The notes under the pieces: generated by a model
Told to the model about the DNA's origin: nothing
Databases searched by the model: none
The model's input: the letters and a program-made list of their open reading frames with translations, nothing else
Shown: positions 9,178 to 19,528 of the stretch, piece by piece
How positions within the stretch are numbered: position 1 is the stretch's first letter
Layout of the letters: each line of letters opens with the position of its first letter
Position numbers and translations under genes: made by a program
Assembly (NCBI GenBank): GCA_049975265.1
Contig: JBNGDF010000005.1
Location: 10,220-74,219, forward strand
Source of the DNA: Fidelibacterota bacterium
Lineage (GTDB): Bacteria > Fidelibacterota > UBA2242
Reading direction: 5' to 3'
DNA: 64,000 nt

Positions 9178-9543
9178 TCACTTTTCGAATGTTTTGTCAC
9201 CGAAGCCGTATTCAATTGCCAGGTCTATATGACGAAGCAGCTCCTTAAAATAGGGCATTTCAGATAGTCTTGAATCTATTTTCCCGGTGACCGACTGCAG
9301 CCAGTTCATAAAATCCGGGTGCATATAATCGGTAAAGGGAATCATGGCTTCGACCTCATCGCACAATTTCAGGTGGGTTTCCAGCGCATTGTGTGGGTCC
9401 CAATCCTGGTTGTTGGAGCGGCTTAACTGGACCGAAGATATCAGCAGCTGCTTCTGCAGCTCGACGGCATTGATATATTCCAGCAGTTTGTCTCTGAGTT
9501 CGAGCAGAGTAATCATAATATCTCGGATAAAAATTATCGACAT
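9178..9543 (-). CDS. Hypothetical protein
   Basis: 121-aa ORF with protein-like composition, co-directional with and upstream of the iminopeptidase. No recognisable motif. Confidence 0.4.
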   Translation of the reverse strand: MSIIFIRDIMITLLELRDKLLEYINAVELQKQLLISSVQLSRSNNQDWDPHNALETHLKLCDEVEAMIPFTDYMHPDFMNWLQSVTGKIDSRLSEMPYFKELLRHIDLAIEYGFGDKTFEK

Positions 9544-9653
9544 CCTGGGTAAATTGCAAGATTCCTAATGGCTGTCAGATGAGTGGCAAATAATTTCCAC
9601 CTTTGGCGGTGATTTTATAAATTTATAGAGAGGAACAGAGGGGAGGTACCGAA

Positions 9654-10352
9654 ATGAGTCACTCAGAGCCATTCAATCTTTTACGCATCGCTGTTATGCT
9701 TGGAATTTTTGTTGTTTTTTTTCCGCTTCTGCCGTTAATAATTACCGGACACTGGGACTGGTGGGAAGCCCGGGTGTATGCAGCGATTTATATTCTTGGT
9801 TTCGGAATCAGCCGGACACTGGCGGGACGACGGCATCCCGACCTTCTGGGCGAACGTGCCCGTTTTTTACGGCATGGGGATACCAAAGCCTGGGACAAGA
9901 TTCTGGCGCCCCTGGTCAGCCTCGGTGGCTGTCTGATACCGCTGGTCGTTGGGCTCGATGCGCGCTACGGCTGGTCACCGCCGTTTCAGCTGCCGGAAAA
10001 GCTGGTGGCACTGTTCATTATACTGGGTGGATTTCTTTTGGGGTCATACGCTCTGATTGAAAACCGCTTTTTTTCAGGGACGGTGCGCATCCAGCATGAT
10101 CGCCGGCATCAGATTGTGACCACCGGACCCTATCGCTGGGTACGGCATACCGGCTACGCCGGTGCTCTCCTCTCCTATCTGGCGACTCCGGTCTTTTTGG
10201 ATTCCTACTGGGCGTATCTGCCGGTGCTGTTTCTGACCGTCTGTTTAGTTCTCCGCACGGCGCTGGAAGACCGGACATTGCAAAACGAATTAGCGGGTTA
10301 TCGCGAATATGCCGGACAGACCTGCTACCGCCTGATCCCGGGAATCTGGTAG
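9654..10352 (+). CDS. Isoprenylcysteine carboxyl methyltransferase / phospholipid methyltransferase-family membrane protein
   Basis: Multi-TM protein with HQIVTTGPYRWVRHTGYAG, which resembles the ICMT/PEMT signature (xGxYxxVRHPxY). Confidence 0.75.
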   Translation: MSHSEPFNLLRIAVMLGIFVVFFPLLPLIITGHWDWWEARVYAAIYILGFGISRTLAGRRHPDLLGERARFLRHGDTKAWDKILAPLVSLGGCLIPLVVGLDARYGWSPPFQLPEKLVALFIILGGFLLGSYALIENRFFSGTVRIQHDRRHQIVTTGPYRWVRHTGYAGALLSYLATPVFLDSYWAYLPVLFLTVCLVLRTALEDRTLQNELAGYREYAGQTCYRLIPGIW

Positions 10353-10517
10353 TGGTTTTGGCGCTTTGGCGATTTATTTTCTTGTGTTAATTCCTTCCGC
10401 AGGCGTACATTTATGTAGCATTCAATGGAAGAATACGGTGTTCCAAAATTATCATCAACAATTCAATATCCGGTGGATTGGTTTCTCCAAAAACAAGCGA
10501 AGTGGCGGGGAATAATA

Positions 10518-11798
10518 ATGTGGCAACAAACGATTGGTATGGTTTTGCTCACGACGGTTTTGAGCCTGAATGCCCGGGATGCGGCTGCCGTCCCGACAGA
10601 AAAGGTATTCAATATGGAAGCCCGGGTTGATTCTCTGCACCAGAGGATTCGCCACCTGGAGGAGGAGTTGTAGCAAATCAGGCAAAATACGCAGGATGAG
10701 AGGTCAGAAATGGACGAGTTGCTGGCGCTGTTCAACGGCGATGCGGTGGAGACGGCGGATATCGAATCCCGTTCCCGGCATAAGCGTGTCGACGAACTCT
10801 TGAAAGCCATTGTTCAGCAACCAGGTCAGTTGCGCTTCAATGGGGGTGCGACGGCGATTTTTCAGGGAGGCGGCGACCGCAGTGATCAATATTCCAGCGC
10901 CACCGGCTCGTTTGATATTTACGCCTCGACAGCGTTTGGACCTAATACACTGCTGTTTTTCGATTGGGAAGCCATCGGCGGAAACTGACCGGACGACTAT
11001 TTTCCCAATTTTGCCGGTTTGAACGGAGACGCCGGTTCGACTCAGGACAGCCTGGGAATCGATCGTTTGACGGTGCTGGAAGCCTGGGCTGAATTTACCA
11101 TGCTGAACAGAATTTTTACAATTACTGCCGGGAAGATTGACCTGACCGACTATTTTGACAACAACGCCTCGGCGAATGACGAGACGATGCAGTTTATCAG
11201 TGGTGCCTTTGTGAACAGCGCCGCCTTTGCAGTGCCGGGCAATTCGCCCGGTGTCCGGCTGCGCACGACATTGTTCGATCGTTTTCATTTTCAAACAGGT
11301 ATCGTCAGCGCCGATAATTCAGGCAGTGAGATTTTGAAAGAGCTGTACCGGATCGCCAGCCTCGGTTTTACCCTCTTTCCCGCTTCCGATTTTGAGTCCA
11401 ATTTGCGTTTTTACGGATATCAGGACCCGCGTGCGGGTTATGCCACCGGCTGGGGAATCAGCTTTGATAATCTCTCTTTTGGAACCTATAATATTTTCGC
11501 CCGCTACGGACAGAACAGCACCGGTGTGGCGGAAAGTTGGGGCGTTCGCTGTGCCTGGAGTCTGGGCATCCGCTTTATGCGGGAAATCGCCAGCCAGTCC
11601 ACAGCTGTGGGGCTGGCATACGGGGAGACAACACTCCGGGATGATGATTTGCATAACGAACAGCTGCTGGAATTGTACGCTCGCCGCCAGGTCAATAAAT
11701 GGACGCACCTGTCACCCCATTTACAGGTTATCTGGAATGCCGGTGGCGCTGCTGACCGGATCATTCTGTTCGGAGTGCGAACACATTTTAATTTTTAA
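10518..11798 (+). pseudogene. OprB-family carbohydrate-selective porin (signal peptide, coiled coil, beta-barrel) interrupted by in-frame TAG and TGA
   Basis: One continuous frame (positions divisible by 3). Signal peptide MWQQTIGMVLLTTVLSLNA, then coiled coil ...RIRHLEEEL. TAG at 10671-10673, then QIRQNTQDERSEMDELL...FDWEAIGGN. TGA at 10986-10988, then PDDYFPNFAGLNGDAGS... The C-terminal ELYARRQVNKWTHLSPHLQVIWNAGG resembles the OprB C-terminal motif. Confidence 0.6.
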
Positions 11799-11810
11799 AA
11801 AAGGAGAAGT

Positions 11811-12815
11811 ATGAACCGATTTTATTATTGGATAATAGCAGTTAATCTGGCAGTGGTGAATGGTGCTGCCGGTAAAGAAGAACCGCTGGTGCAGCAGATC
11901 CGGTCCGCCGTTCAACACGAGGCATTTACGGTCAATGCGCTGGTTCAATCGGGATTCCGTTACTCTCTGGGAGACGACAATTTTCAGGGCGGTCGGACCT
12001 TTGAGGCTGCCAACGCCAGGCTGAGTTTTCGCGGGAATCTGGATGGGGGATTTTTTTACCGGCTGTTTTTCAATCTGGTCAAGGAGCCGAACCTGCTGGA
12101 TGCCTATATCGGCTACCGCTTCAGCGATGCTCTGCGTATTACCACCGGAGCCATGAAGCCGAAGCAGACCCTGGACTTTATTCCTGATCCCGGTTCGATG
12201 GATTTCATCGACCGCACGCATATCACCGATCTGCTTGTTCAGTCCCGGGAGATCGGAGTGTCGTTTGAGGGCGATGTCGGAGGGCTCTATTACTTTTCCG
12301 GAATTTTTAACGGCAATAAATTGTCGTCGAATAATAACAACGAATTCTACGGAATCGGACGGCTTCAGTACACTCTCGGGGATTTACAGCTGGCGGTGCA
12401 AGGTTCACACGGCAATTCACCCGGCGTGCAGACCGGTAATGCGGGGCCCGTATTGCAGGGCAAGCGGACCATTTACGGCGGCGATGTCCGGTTGAAGGCG
12501 GAACGTCTGCTGCTAGCGGCGGAATATCTGGCTGGCAGCCTCGATCTCGACTCGACGGCTGGTAGCGACAAGAAGGATCTGATCAGTGGCTACTATATCA
12601 CCGCCGGTTACCGGATACTGGAAAAGACTATGCTGCTGAGTCGCTGGCAGTCCTGGGGATACCGGGAGCAGGATTTTCGGGATCATCAGGTTACTTTTGG
12701 GATCAACCACAATTTTACCGGTGTCACCAGACTGCAGCTGAATGCCGACGCCTACTTTCCGGAAAAGAGCGATCGCCAGTATGGACTCTCCCTGCTGTTA
12801 CAGGTGCAATTTTAA
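11811..12815 (+). CDS. Phosphate-selective porin O/P (OprO/OprP)-like outer-membrane protein
   Basis: Signal peptide, then a 334-aa beta-rich protein with alternating hydrophobic patterning ending in the aromatic ...LLQVQF. Family assignment from overall resemblance only. Confidence 0.45.
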   Translation: MNRFYYWIIAVNLAVVNGAAGKEEPLVQQIRSAVQHEAFTVNALVQSGFRYSLGDDNFQGGRTFEAANARLSFRGNLDGGFFYRLFFNLVKEPNLLDAYIGYRFSDALRITTGAMKPKQTLDFIPDPGSMDFIDRTHITDLLVQSREIGVSFEGDVGGLYYFSGIFNGNKLSSNNNNEFYGIGRLQYTLGDLQLAVQGSHGNSPGVQTGNAGPVLQGKRTIYGGDVRLKAERLLLAAEYLAGSLDLDSTAGSDKKDLISGYYITAGYRILEKTMLLSRWQSWGYREQDFRDHQVTFGINHNFTGVTRLQLNADAYFPEKSDRQYGLSLLLQVQF

Positions 12816-12906
12816 CCGGACGGCGGTTTGTTATTGGCAAAATTCCGTACATCGCGAATTTTATGGAAAACAGATGATGTGATCGTAAAATAGAAGGAGG
12901 CATGCG

Positions 12907-13185
12907 ATGAGTGAACGAACAGCGTATATCGACAAGATGGCGGCGAAACTGAAAGAGCTGGATGCAGAAATCCGGATACTGGAAGCCAAGGGGGAATCGG
13001 CGAAAGCCGATTATAAACAGCAGATTCAGGTGTTGAAAGCTCAGCAGGAAGATGTCCGGCAGCAACTCAATAAAATCCGGGAAGCCGGTGAAGATGCCTG
13101 GGAGGAACTGAAAAAGGGCTTTGAGAAAAGCTGGCAAACCCTGGGCGATTCGGTAAAAAAATTGCTGTCGCGATTCAAGATTTGA
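12907..13185 (+). CDS. Small coiled-coil protein, hypothetical
   Basis: Strong SD (GAAGGAGG) 7 nt upstream. 92 aa, rich in heptad-like K/E/Q repeats. Confidence 0.5.
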   Translation: MSERTAYIDKMAAKLKELDAEIRILEAKGESAKADYKQQIQVLKAQQEDVRQQLNKIREAGEDAWEELKKGFEKSWQTLGDSVKKLLSRFKI

Positions 13186-13191
13186 GCACCG

Positions 13192-13965
13192 ATGGGATGG
13201 TTTAAGAAAACTAAAAAGGGCTCTGTTGGGCTGGCACTGGGCGGCGGTGCCGTGCTGGGCGCCGCTCATATAGGGGTTTTAAAAGCGATTGAGGAGAAGG
13301 GGCTTGACATCCGCTATGTTGCCGGCACCAGTATCGGAGCATTTGTGGGTGCCTTTTACGCCTTCGGCAAGAACTGGGCGGAAATCGAGGAAATCGCCAA
13401 AGATTTAAACTGGCTGGACATTTCTGGAATTTCGATTCCAAAGCTCGGCTTGCTGTCAAATCAGAAAATGGGCGAATTTATGAGGGAAAAAATCGGCGAT
13501 GTCAGCATTGAAGATGCGACGATTCCCTTTGCTGCCGTGACCACCGATATTATCAGCGGGGAGAAGATGGTGCTCCGGGAAGGCGATCTGGCGACGGCGG
13601 TGATGGCAAGTACCTGTATCCCGGGTGTTTTTATTCCCGTTGAATTGGATGACCGCCTGCTGGTTGACGGCGGACTGGTCGAAAACGTACCGATTGCACC
13701 TTTAAAAGATATGGGCGCCGACTTTATCATCGGCGCGGACCTGAACGCCGGTCATCGCCCGCAACGACCGGAGAATATTGTAGAGGTACTGCTCCGGACG
13801 TTTGATTTCATGATCAGGTCCGCCACCGCACTCCAGACGGAAGAGGCAGATGTCCTCATTCAGCCGGACCTGTCAGAGTTCAATATGTTTGAAACTTCCC
13901 AGGTGGGTGACCTGATTGAGGTGGGTTACGCCAGTGCACGGGCGGTATTGGAAAAAAACCTGTAA
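13192..13965 (+). CDS. Patatin-like phospholipase
   Basis: GLALGGGAVLGAAHIG (GxGxxG oxyanion motif), GTSIG (GxSxG nucleophile) and DGG (catalytic Asp) in canonical order. Confidence 0.85.
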   Translation: MGWFKKTKKGSVGLALGGGAVLGAAHIGVLKAIEEKGLDIRYVAGTSIGAFVGAFYAFGKNWAEIEEIAKDLNWLDISGISIPKLGLLSNQKMGEFMREKIGDVSIEDATIPFAAVTTDIISGEKMVLREGDLATAVMASTCIPGVFIPVELDDRLLVDGGLVENVPIAPLKDMGADFIIGADLNAGHRPQRPENIVEVLLRTFDFMIRSATALQTEEADVLIQPDLSEFNMFETSQVGDLIEVGYASARAVLEKNL

Positions 13966-14366
13966 ACGATCAGATCAATAATCCGGCAAAAGAGTAATCT
14001 TCCAGGCAGGTTATTATCAGGAGTAATATCCGTCAAAAAGATTAGATAATGTATAAGACCGGTTCTTTTCCAGCGCAATTACGGGGCATATCAACCACTT
14101 TCTGGCACCTTTTATAGATAACTGATGACGAATCAGAAATCGCCCGGACGGTTTCTGTGTCTGGGGTCACATATTTCCGGCTGCTTCACCGAATACTGCC
14201 GGTAATTACCATATATTAAGATGATCGGCATATGAATTGTATGAATTAAATACGTTGTTTGAAATGAAAAATCGGTTGCTTAACTCAGTTTATGCATTTG
14301 CTAAAACTGCTCTGCTGTTTGGTAGCAATAAAAAGATTCCTGGTTAAAACCCCCCCTACCCAGGAT

Positions 14367-14410
14367 GAGGAGAGAGTCTTACAGATAAGGCTCTCTCCTT
14401 CCTATTTTTA
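14367..14410 (+). terminator. Hairpin with a weak U-tract at the end of a 478-bp ORF-free leader, just upstream of the next gene's RBS
   Basis: GAGGAGAGAG...CTCTCTCC stem (14367-14398) followed by TTCCTATTTTTA. Sits 30 nt before the AGGAGG RBS of the 14444 gene. Confidence 0.3.
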
Positions 14411-14443
14411 TTCCGCAATGGTGAAATCAAGAGGAGGTAAAAG

Positions 14444-15250
14444 ATGAAAAAAGTACTAATCCTGCTGATAATGATTACAGGTATTGTTTTCCTGAGCTGC
14501 GAAAGCGATTCCGACGGTGAAGCCGGTACCGGCGAGATCGTTATCAAGGCGTTCGACGCCCCCTTTCAAGGGGATGTGGAGCATATCTACCTGCATATAA
14601 CCGAGGTCAGTGTGCACAAAGCGGTCGCCGGCAGCACCAGCGATACCTCGGCGCAATGGATCGTGCTGAGCGAAGCGGACACCACGATCGATTTCCTGGA
14701 GCTGGTCAATGGCACAATGGCAACCCTGATTCATTCACACCTCGACGTGGGACAGTATTCGCAGATGCGGTTGCTGCTGGGTGAAGGTTCAGCGATTGTC
14801 GTGGATGGTGTCTCCCACACTTTGAGGGTACCCAGCGGCAGCGAGTCCGGTGTAAAGCTGAATCTGGGTTTCTTTATTAATGAGGATGAAATCATCGATA
14901 TCTATCTGGATTTTGATGCGGAGCGCTCGATTAATAAACATCCGACTCAGGAGCGCTACTCATTGCAACCGACCTTCCGGGTGTTTAAAAGTGTGCTGTC
15001 GGGAACAGTCTCCGGGACCGTGACGGATTCTGTCGGAAACGGTCTGCAGGATGTTTCGGTCTATGCCGTCTCCGATGGTGATTCGGTGACCACCCTGACG
15101 AATGCGGACGGGAATTACAAATTGATCCTGTTAGCCGGAACCTATGTGGTCTCCGCAGCCGGTTATGAGCTCACGGCGGATACTGTTTATCAGAATATTG
15201 CCCTTGATGCCGAAGAGAATATCCTAAATCTGGATTTTGTGATGAACTGA
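14444..15250 (+). CDS. Lipoprotein with DUF4382-like domain and C-terminal carboxypeptidase-regulatory-like beta-sandwich
   Basis: Lipobox ...VFLSC. C-terminal LSGTVSGTVTDSVGNGLQDVSVYAVSDGDSV...NADGNYKL is typical of a CarboxypepD_reg-like fold. Confidence 0.55.
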   Translation: MKKVLILLIMITGIVFLSCESDSDGEAGTGEIVIKAFDAPFQGDVEHIYLHITEVSVHKAVAGSTSDTSAQWIVLSEADTTIDFLELVNGTMATLIHSHLDVGQYSQMRLLLGEGSAIVVDGVSHTLRVPSGSESGVKLNLGFFINEDEIIDIYLDFDAERSINKHPTQERYSLQPTFRVFKSVLSGTVSGTVTDSVGNGLQDVSVYAVSDGDSVTTLTNADGNYKLILLAGTYVVSAAGYELTADTVYQNIALDAEENILNLDFVMN

Positions 15251-15279
15251 TTGAGACCGAAATTGATTCGCAGTATGAA

Positions 15280-15306
15280 AAGACCGGTGCTCAGCCGGTC
15301 TTTTTT
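15280..15306 (+). terminator. Rho-independent terminator
   Basis: AAGACCGG-tgctcag-CCGGTCTT stem (8 bp) followed by TTTTTT. Confidence 0.6.
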
Positions 15307-15483
15307 ATAAAGCCGGTAGTGAAGGCAGGCGATAAATCCGGAAAAATGATTAATAACGCCGGACAAATGGTCTGTCAGCCGGGACAAACGATGTATCATT
15401 TATGGAAAATGGTTGATCCGGCGGTCCAAATGACTCATTACCACGGGAAAATGCCGGATTGTCTCAGCAACATCGTCCGGCAA

Positions 15484-16224
15484 CTATTTTCGCAGTGCCG
15501 CTTTGGTGAACCGGTACTCCGGAATATCAACATTGAAGTCAATGGATTCGAGAATGTACTCGGTCCCGCCACCGCGGGAGAGCATGTCCTTGAAGGTCAT
15601 CCGCTTCGGCAGCCAGCGTCCGTCCTGCTGAAAGACCTCCAGGATTTCGGTTTGCTTGAGCAGGCGTCCGCTGCGGGCGAAGCGCTCCTCCTTGAGCGGC
15701 AGCCAGCGCTTGGCGTCTACCCAGATTTTCCGGGAGTGATAAGCAACATCGCTGGTGTTGGCGGTCAGTTCCAGCACCCAGCAGTCGCGTCCATTATAGG
15801 TCTCTCTGCCCAGTACAACGGCATCGTAATTGGCACGCAGCTCATCGCTTTCCATTAAATCTTCGTAGGACATATCCGATCCCATCACGGATTGCTTCAG
15901 CAGGTGACCGGAAATCGTGATGATCCGGTCATTGGGCTCGGGTGTGTAAATCCAGAGATCGTCTCCCACTTTGAGCATCTTTTTACCCTTTTCACGGGCG
16001 GGCGACAGGTATTCCACAAAGGCTTTGTCGTTGCCCTTGGACCAGGCTTTGGAGCGGATTGTGCGATCGCCGGTGCGGCTGTGAACGATCATTGTTGCGG
16101 TACTGATCGCCTGATCATATACCTGATTCCGGTCGATTTTCTGCAAAATCTCATCGACGTCGGGTGTTTGGGCATTTATTGATATGGATAAACATAAAAT
16201 AACTGAAAAAGGAATCCGTTTCAT
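15484..16224 (-). CDS. LolA-like outer-membrane lipoprotein-sorting / DUF1571-type protein accessory to the ABC exporter
   Basis: Signal peptide, 246 aa, last gene of the minus-strand ABC cluster. Assignment rests on cluster context and length. Confidence 0.5.
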   Translation of the reverse strand: MKRIPFSVILCLSISINAQTPDVDEILQKIDRNQVYDQAISTATMIVHSRTGDRTIRSKAWSKGNDKAFVEYLSPAREKGKKMLKVGDDLWIYTPEPNDRIITISGHLLKQSVMGSDMSYEDLMESDELRANYDAVVLGRETYNGRDCWVLELTANTSDVAYHSRKIWVDAKRWLPLKEERFARSGRLLKQTEILEVFQQDGRWLPKRMTFKDMLSRGGGTEYILESIDFNVDIPEYRFTKAALRK

Positions 16225-17495
16225 GTTTCCAACTCCTTAAATAATGAGGCGGTCTGGCGTCTGTAAATACCGATGCCCGCCAGAGCGGTTCCGAATACAC
16301 TGGCGATCAGCCCCGGAAAAACACCGATGTAGTAGGTTGTGGTGGTAATCCTGGCTCTGAACACCAGCGGTATCATCATGTTGACATTTTTCATGGCACC
16401 GCTAAAGTCCAGACCTTTGACCTGCATCCAGTAGGCTGCCGCCAGCCCGAGTCCGGTACCGAGGATGGTTCCGGCGATTCCGATCGCCAGGGATTCACAT
16501 AGCAGAGAGCGGTAAATGTGACCTTTGGGTTCGCCGATAGCCAGGCGAACGCCCACTTCGCCATAGCGCCGCAAACCGCCCAGCAGACCGGCATTCCACA
16601 GGACGATGGACATGACGATGACGAATATCAGTGCAATCGTGCCAGCCATATTGTTCGCCATGGTCAGGTAATCTGTCAGCCCGCTGGTCTCTTTGAGTTT
16701 GCCCATAACGGGGGCAAAATCGCTCTCGTTGTCGGCATACCGGGCATTGAATATTTTCACAATTTCGGCGCAGGCTTCATCGTCATATACCCGGTTGGGT
16801 AAATAGCCCAGAATTTCCCCGGCGGCATTGTCCATATTGAGTGCTTGCTGAATGTCCCGGATATCGGCAATCATGGCTCCGCGGTCCATAGCCGGAATAC
16901 CGAATTTGATTGTACCGACGACCTTGAAATTATAGATCGCCATGCTACCGAACATGCCGGAACTCAGCAACGTTGCATAATCGCCCAGGGATATTTCCAG
17001 TTCCTTCGCCATTTCGTTACTGATCAGGATTTCACCCGGTTCCTCAGGCATTCTGCCGGTGACCAGGGATTTCGCGATATTCAAGGTATTAATCTCCGTA
17101 CTGCCGGGGCTCAGTAAATCCACACCCATTCCGGCGACGGTGCCCTGTTCGCGGGTCTCGCCGTTTTCATCGGGGATATCCAGCAAACCACCGAATTTGA
17201 TTCGCCTGACCCAGATCATATCCGGATATTCAGCCCTCAGGTCAGCCATCATTTCATCCACACCTGTGAGTGCCATATCGTTGGGCAGCTGGTCTTCGTT
17301 TTCCGCATATGCCCGGCTCATAATTTTTACATGACCGGAAGAAAAGCGGGCAGTGGAATCCACCATATCGGTGAGAATCCCGCCCATGAAGGCTTGATAA
17401 AAAACCGTAATACAGACTCCGATGGTAACCATAATGACCGGAAACAGGCTGCGATGACGGTCACGCAGCAAACCTTTAATAATAAATGTAATCAT
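16221..17495 (-). CDS. ABC transporter permease, FtsX/MacB-like
   Basis: N-terminal TM, large periplasmic domain and a C-terminal three-TM FtsX-type bundle. 4-bp overlap with neighbouring genes. Confidence 0.85.
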   Translation of the reverse strand: MITFIIKGLLRDRHRSLFPVIMVTIGVCITVFYQAFMGGILTDMVDSTARFSSGHVKIMSRAYAENEDQLPNDMALTGVDEMMADLRAEYPDMIWVRRIKFGGLLDIPDENGETREQGTVAGMGVDLLSPGSTEINTLNIAKSLVTGRMPEEPGEILISNEMAKELEISLGDYATLLSSGMFGSMAIYNFKVVGTIKFGIPAMDRGAMIADIRDIQQALNMDNAAGEILGYLPNRVYDDEACAEIVKIFNARYADNESDFAPVMGKLKETSGLTDYLTMANNMAGTIALIFVIVMSIVLWNAGLLGGLRRYGEVGVRLAIGEPKGHIYRSLLCESLAIGIAGTILGTGLGLAAAYWMQVKGLDFSGAMKNVNMMIPLVFRARITTTTYYIGVFPGLIASVFGTALAGIGIYRRQTASLFKELET

Positions 17496-18679
17496 TGGAT
17501 TTTCCCCCTGATTGCTTCGGTGGGTTCCATTTTGGCAATGCGGCGCGCCGGCAGGTAACTCACGATAGTGGTGGTGACTAAGACGATAAGCGTAGTGCCA
17601 AATACCAAACCCAATGAGTAGCTTGGATAAATCTTTTCGGCGATGGTCAATCCAAAATCGTCGGTGCCAGCGGGCATCGCCCAGCCAATTTTAGCCTGGT
17701 AAGCCAAAAGCGGGATGCCGTAAATTGCTGCTAAAATGGCAGCCAGGATCGAATGCATGGCGCCTTCCACCGTGAAAAGTGCAATGACCTGCCGTTGCGT
17801 CATGCCTAACGCGATATGCGTCCCGATCTCTTTTTGGCGGCGGAAAATGGACAACACCTGGGTATCGAAAATCGCCAGCATTGCCAGTGCCATCAATATA
17901 GTAAACATGACATAACCGCCGATGGATTTCGTTTTGATCATTTTCCGGATATCTTCCATCAGGAAATATTGATTTTTAAATTCCCAGCCCGGTATTTTAC
18001 CGATGAAGCCGCTCTCCGGCGCAGTAATCAGCATGGTCGCCTCATTGGGCATGCGCACTATCCGGCGGTGTTTTTCCAGCGGAATCCAGACAATCCCGGC
18101 ATCCATTGTCTGTACGTTGGTTTCGAAAATATGGACAATTTTTACTTCATCCGCATCGAAGGTGCCGTTTACATCGCGCCAGCGGACGGTTACGTAATCG
18201 CCCACCGCCAGCTTGCTGTTTTTGGCGGTCCGTTCGCCGATGATCGCCGGAATGTCACCGCCATCGCTTTTTAAGTGATGCGTTGGCAGCTCAATAATGG
18301 TTTGGTTCGGATCGATACCCCGGAGAGAGATGCTCTGAATGCGACCCTGGGGATACATATTTGCTTGGCTGATCAGTACCGGCGTCAGCAGACCTTTGCG
18401 AACCGCTTCCCGGGCGAGTTCGGGCAGCGGGGCATGACTGTCATCGATAGTAAAGGGATCGTAGGGGTCGTAATTTTTCTGCCAGTATTGACCGCCCCCG
18501 ACTTGCCAGGCGATGGTATCGCGTTGTGCCTGTTCGTTCCAGCCGTTCAGAACGCCTTTGAACCAGATGATGACTACAAATGCCAGCGAAAGGACGAAAA
18601 CGTTCAGCCAGGTCCGCAACCGGGCGCCGATCAAATTTCGAAATGCCAGTTTTAGTGCTAACATATTATCCTCCCTCAA
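17492..18679 (-). CDS. ABC transporter permease, FtsX/MacB-like
   Basis: Same architecture as the adjacent permease, translationally coupled. Confidence 0.85.
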   Translation of the reverse strand: MREDNMLALKLAFRNLIGARLRTWLNVFVLSLAFVVIIWFKGVLNGWNEQAQRDTIAWQVGGGQYWQKNYDPYDPFTIDDSHAPLPELAREAVRKGLLTPVLISQANMYPQGRIQSISLRGIDPNQTIIELPTHHLKSDGGDIPAIIGERTAKNSKLAVGDYVTVRWRDVNGTFDADEVKIVHIFETNVQTMDAGIVWIPLEKHRRIVRMPNEATMLITAPESGFIGKIPGWEFKNQYFLMEDIRKMIKTKSIGGYVMFTILMALAMLAIFDTQVLSIFRRQKEIGTHIALGMTQRQVIALFTVEGAMHSILAAILAAIYGIPLLAYQAKIGWAMPAGTDDFGLTIAEKIYPSYSLGLVFGTTLIVLVTTTIVSYLPARRIAKMEPTEAIRGKIQ

Positions 18680-18697
18680 AAAGGTTCTTCGAACCGG

Positions 18698-19399
18698 TTA
18701 TTCTTTGACGATCTGTTCGTCTTTGGCTACTTTCCCGTCCAGCAGAGTAATCTTGCGGTGCAGGTACTGGATGACCTTTTCGTCGTGAGTGGCAAAGATA
18801 AAGGTGGTTTTCAATTCCCGATTCAGGTTTTCCATGGTCTGCAGGATGTTATGGGAATTTTCGGCATCCAGGTTGGCGGTGGGTTCATCCGCCAGAACGA
18901 TTTTTGGGGATTTGACCATGGCGCGGGCAATCGAAACGCGCTGACATTCGCCGCCGGACAGTTGCGGCGGACGGGATTTACGTTTGTCCTGCAGACCGAC
19001 CCATTCCAGCGCCTGGTCCACCAGTTTACGCCGTTTGTCTTTTTCTATTTTTAACAAAAGTAGCGGTAGTTCGACATTTTCAAAGACATTGTACACCGGC
19101 AGAAGATTGTAGGTCTGGAAGATAAATCCCAGGTGTTGATTGCGCAGGTCGGCTGACTGGCGGGCGTTGAGTTTGTTGATTGATTGTCCCAGGACCAGTG
19201 CTTCGCCCTGAGTGGGCACGTCCAGTGAACCCACGATATTCAGAAGAGTCGTTTTACCGGAGCCGCTGGGACCGACGAGTCCAGCAAATTCACCCTTACC
19301 GATGGTCAGATTGATATCCTCCAATGCCCGGAAGTAACCACGCCCCACCGGATAATCCTTGGTCAGATTTTGCGTTGTGATTAATTGACCGTTTTCCAT
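18698..19399 (-). CDS. ABC transporter ATP-binding protein (LolD/MacB-type)
   Basis: Walker A GPSGSGKTT, ABC signature LSGGECQRVSIARA, Walker B ...VLADEPT. Likely start MENGQLITTQNLTKDY at 19399; the track ORF extends to 19471. Confidence 0.9.
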   Translation of the reverse strand: MENGQLITTQNLTKDYPVGRGYFRALEDINLTIGKGEFAGLVGPSGSGKTTLLNIVGSLDVPTQGEALVLGQSINKLNARQSADLRNQHLGFIFQTYNLLPVYNVFENVELPLLLLKIEKDKRRKLVDQALEWVGLQDKRKSRPPQLSGGECQRVSIARAMVKSPKIVLADEPTANLDAENSHNILQTMENLNRELKTTFIFATHDEKVIQYLHRKITLLDGKVAKDEQIVKE

Positions 19400-19528
19400 T
19401 AGTATATCCTTTCTTTTTTTACCGCCAAGACGCTGAGTTCTCGCCAAGTTCGCAAAGATTAATTTTAACAAATATGGTTTTCATTATTTTTACTTCCACG
19501 TTGCGCTCCCTGCGGTTATGACGGATTA

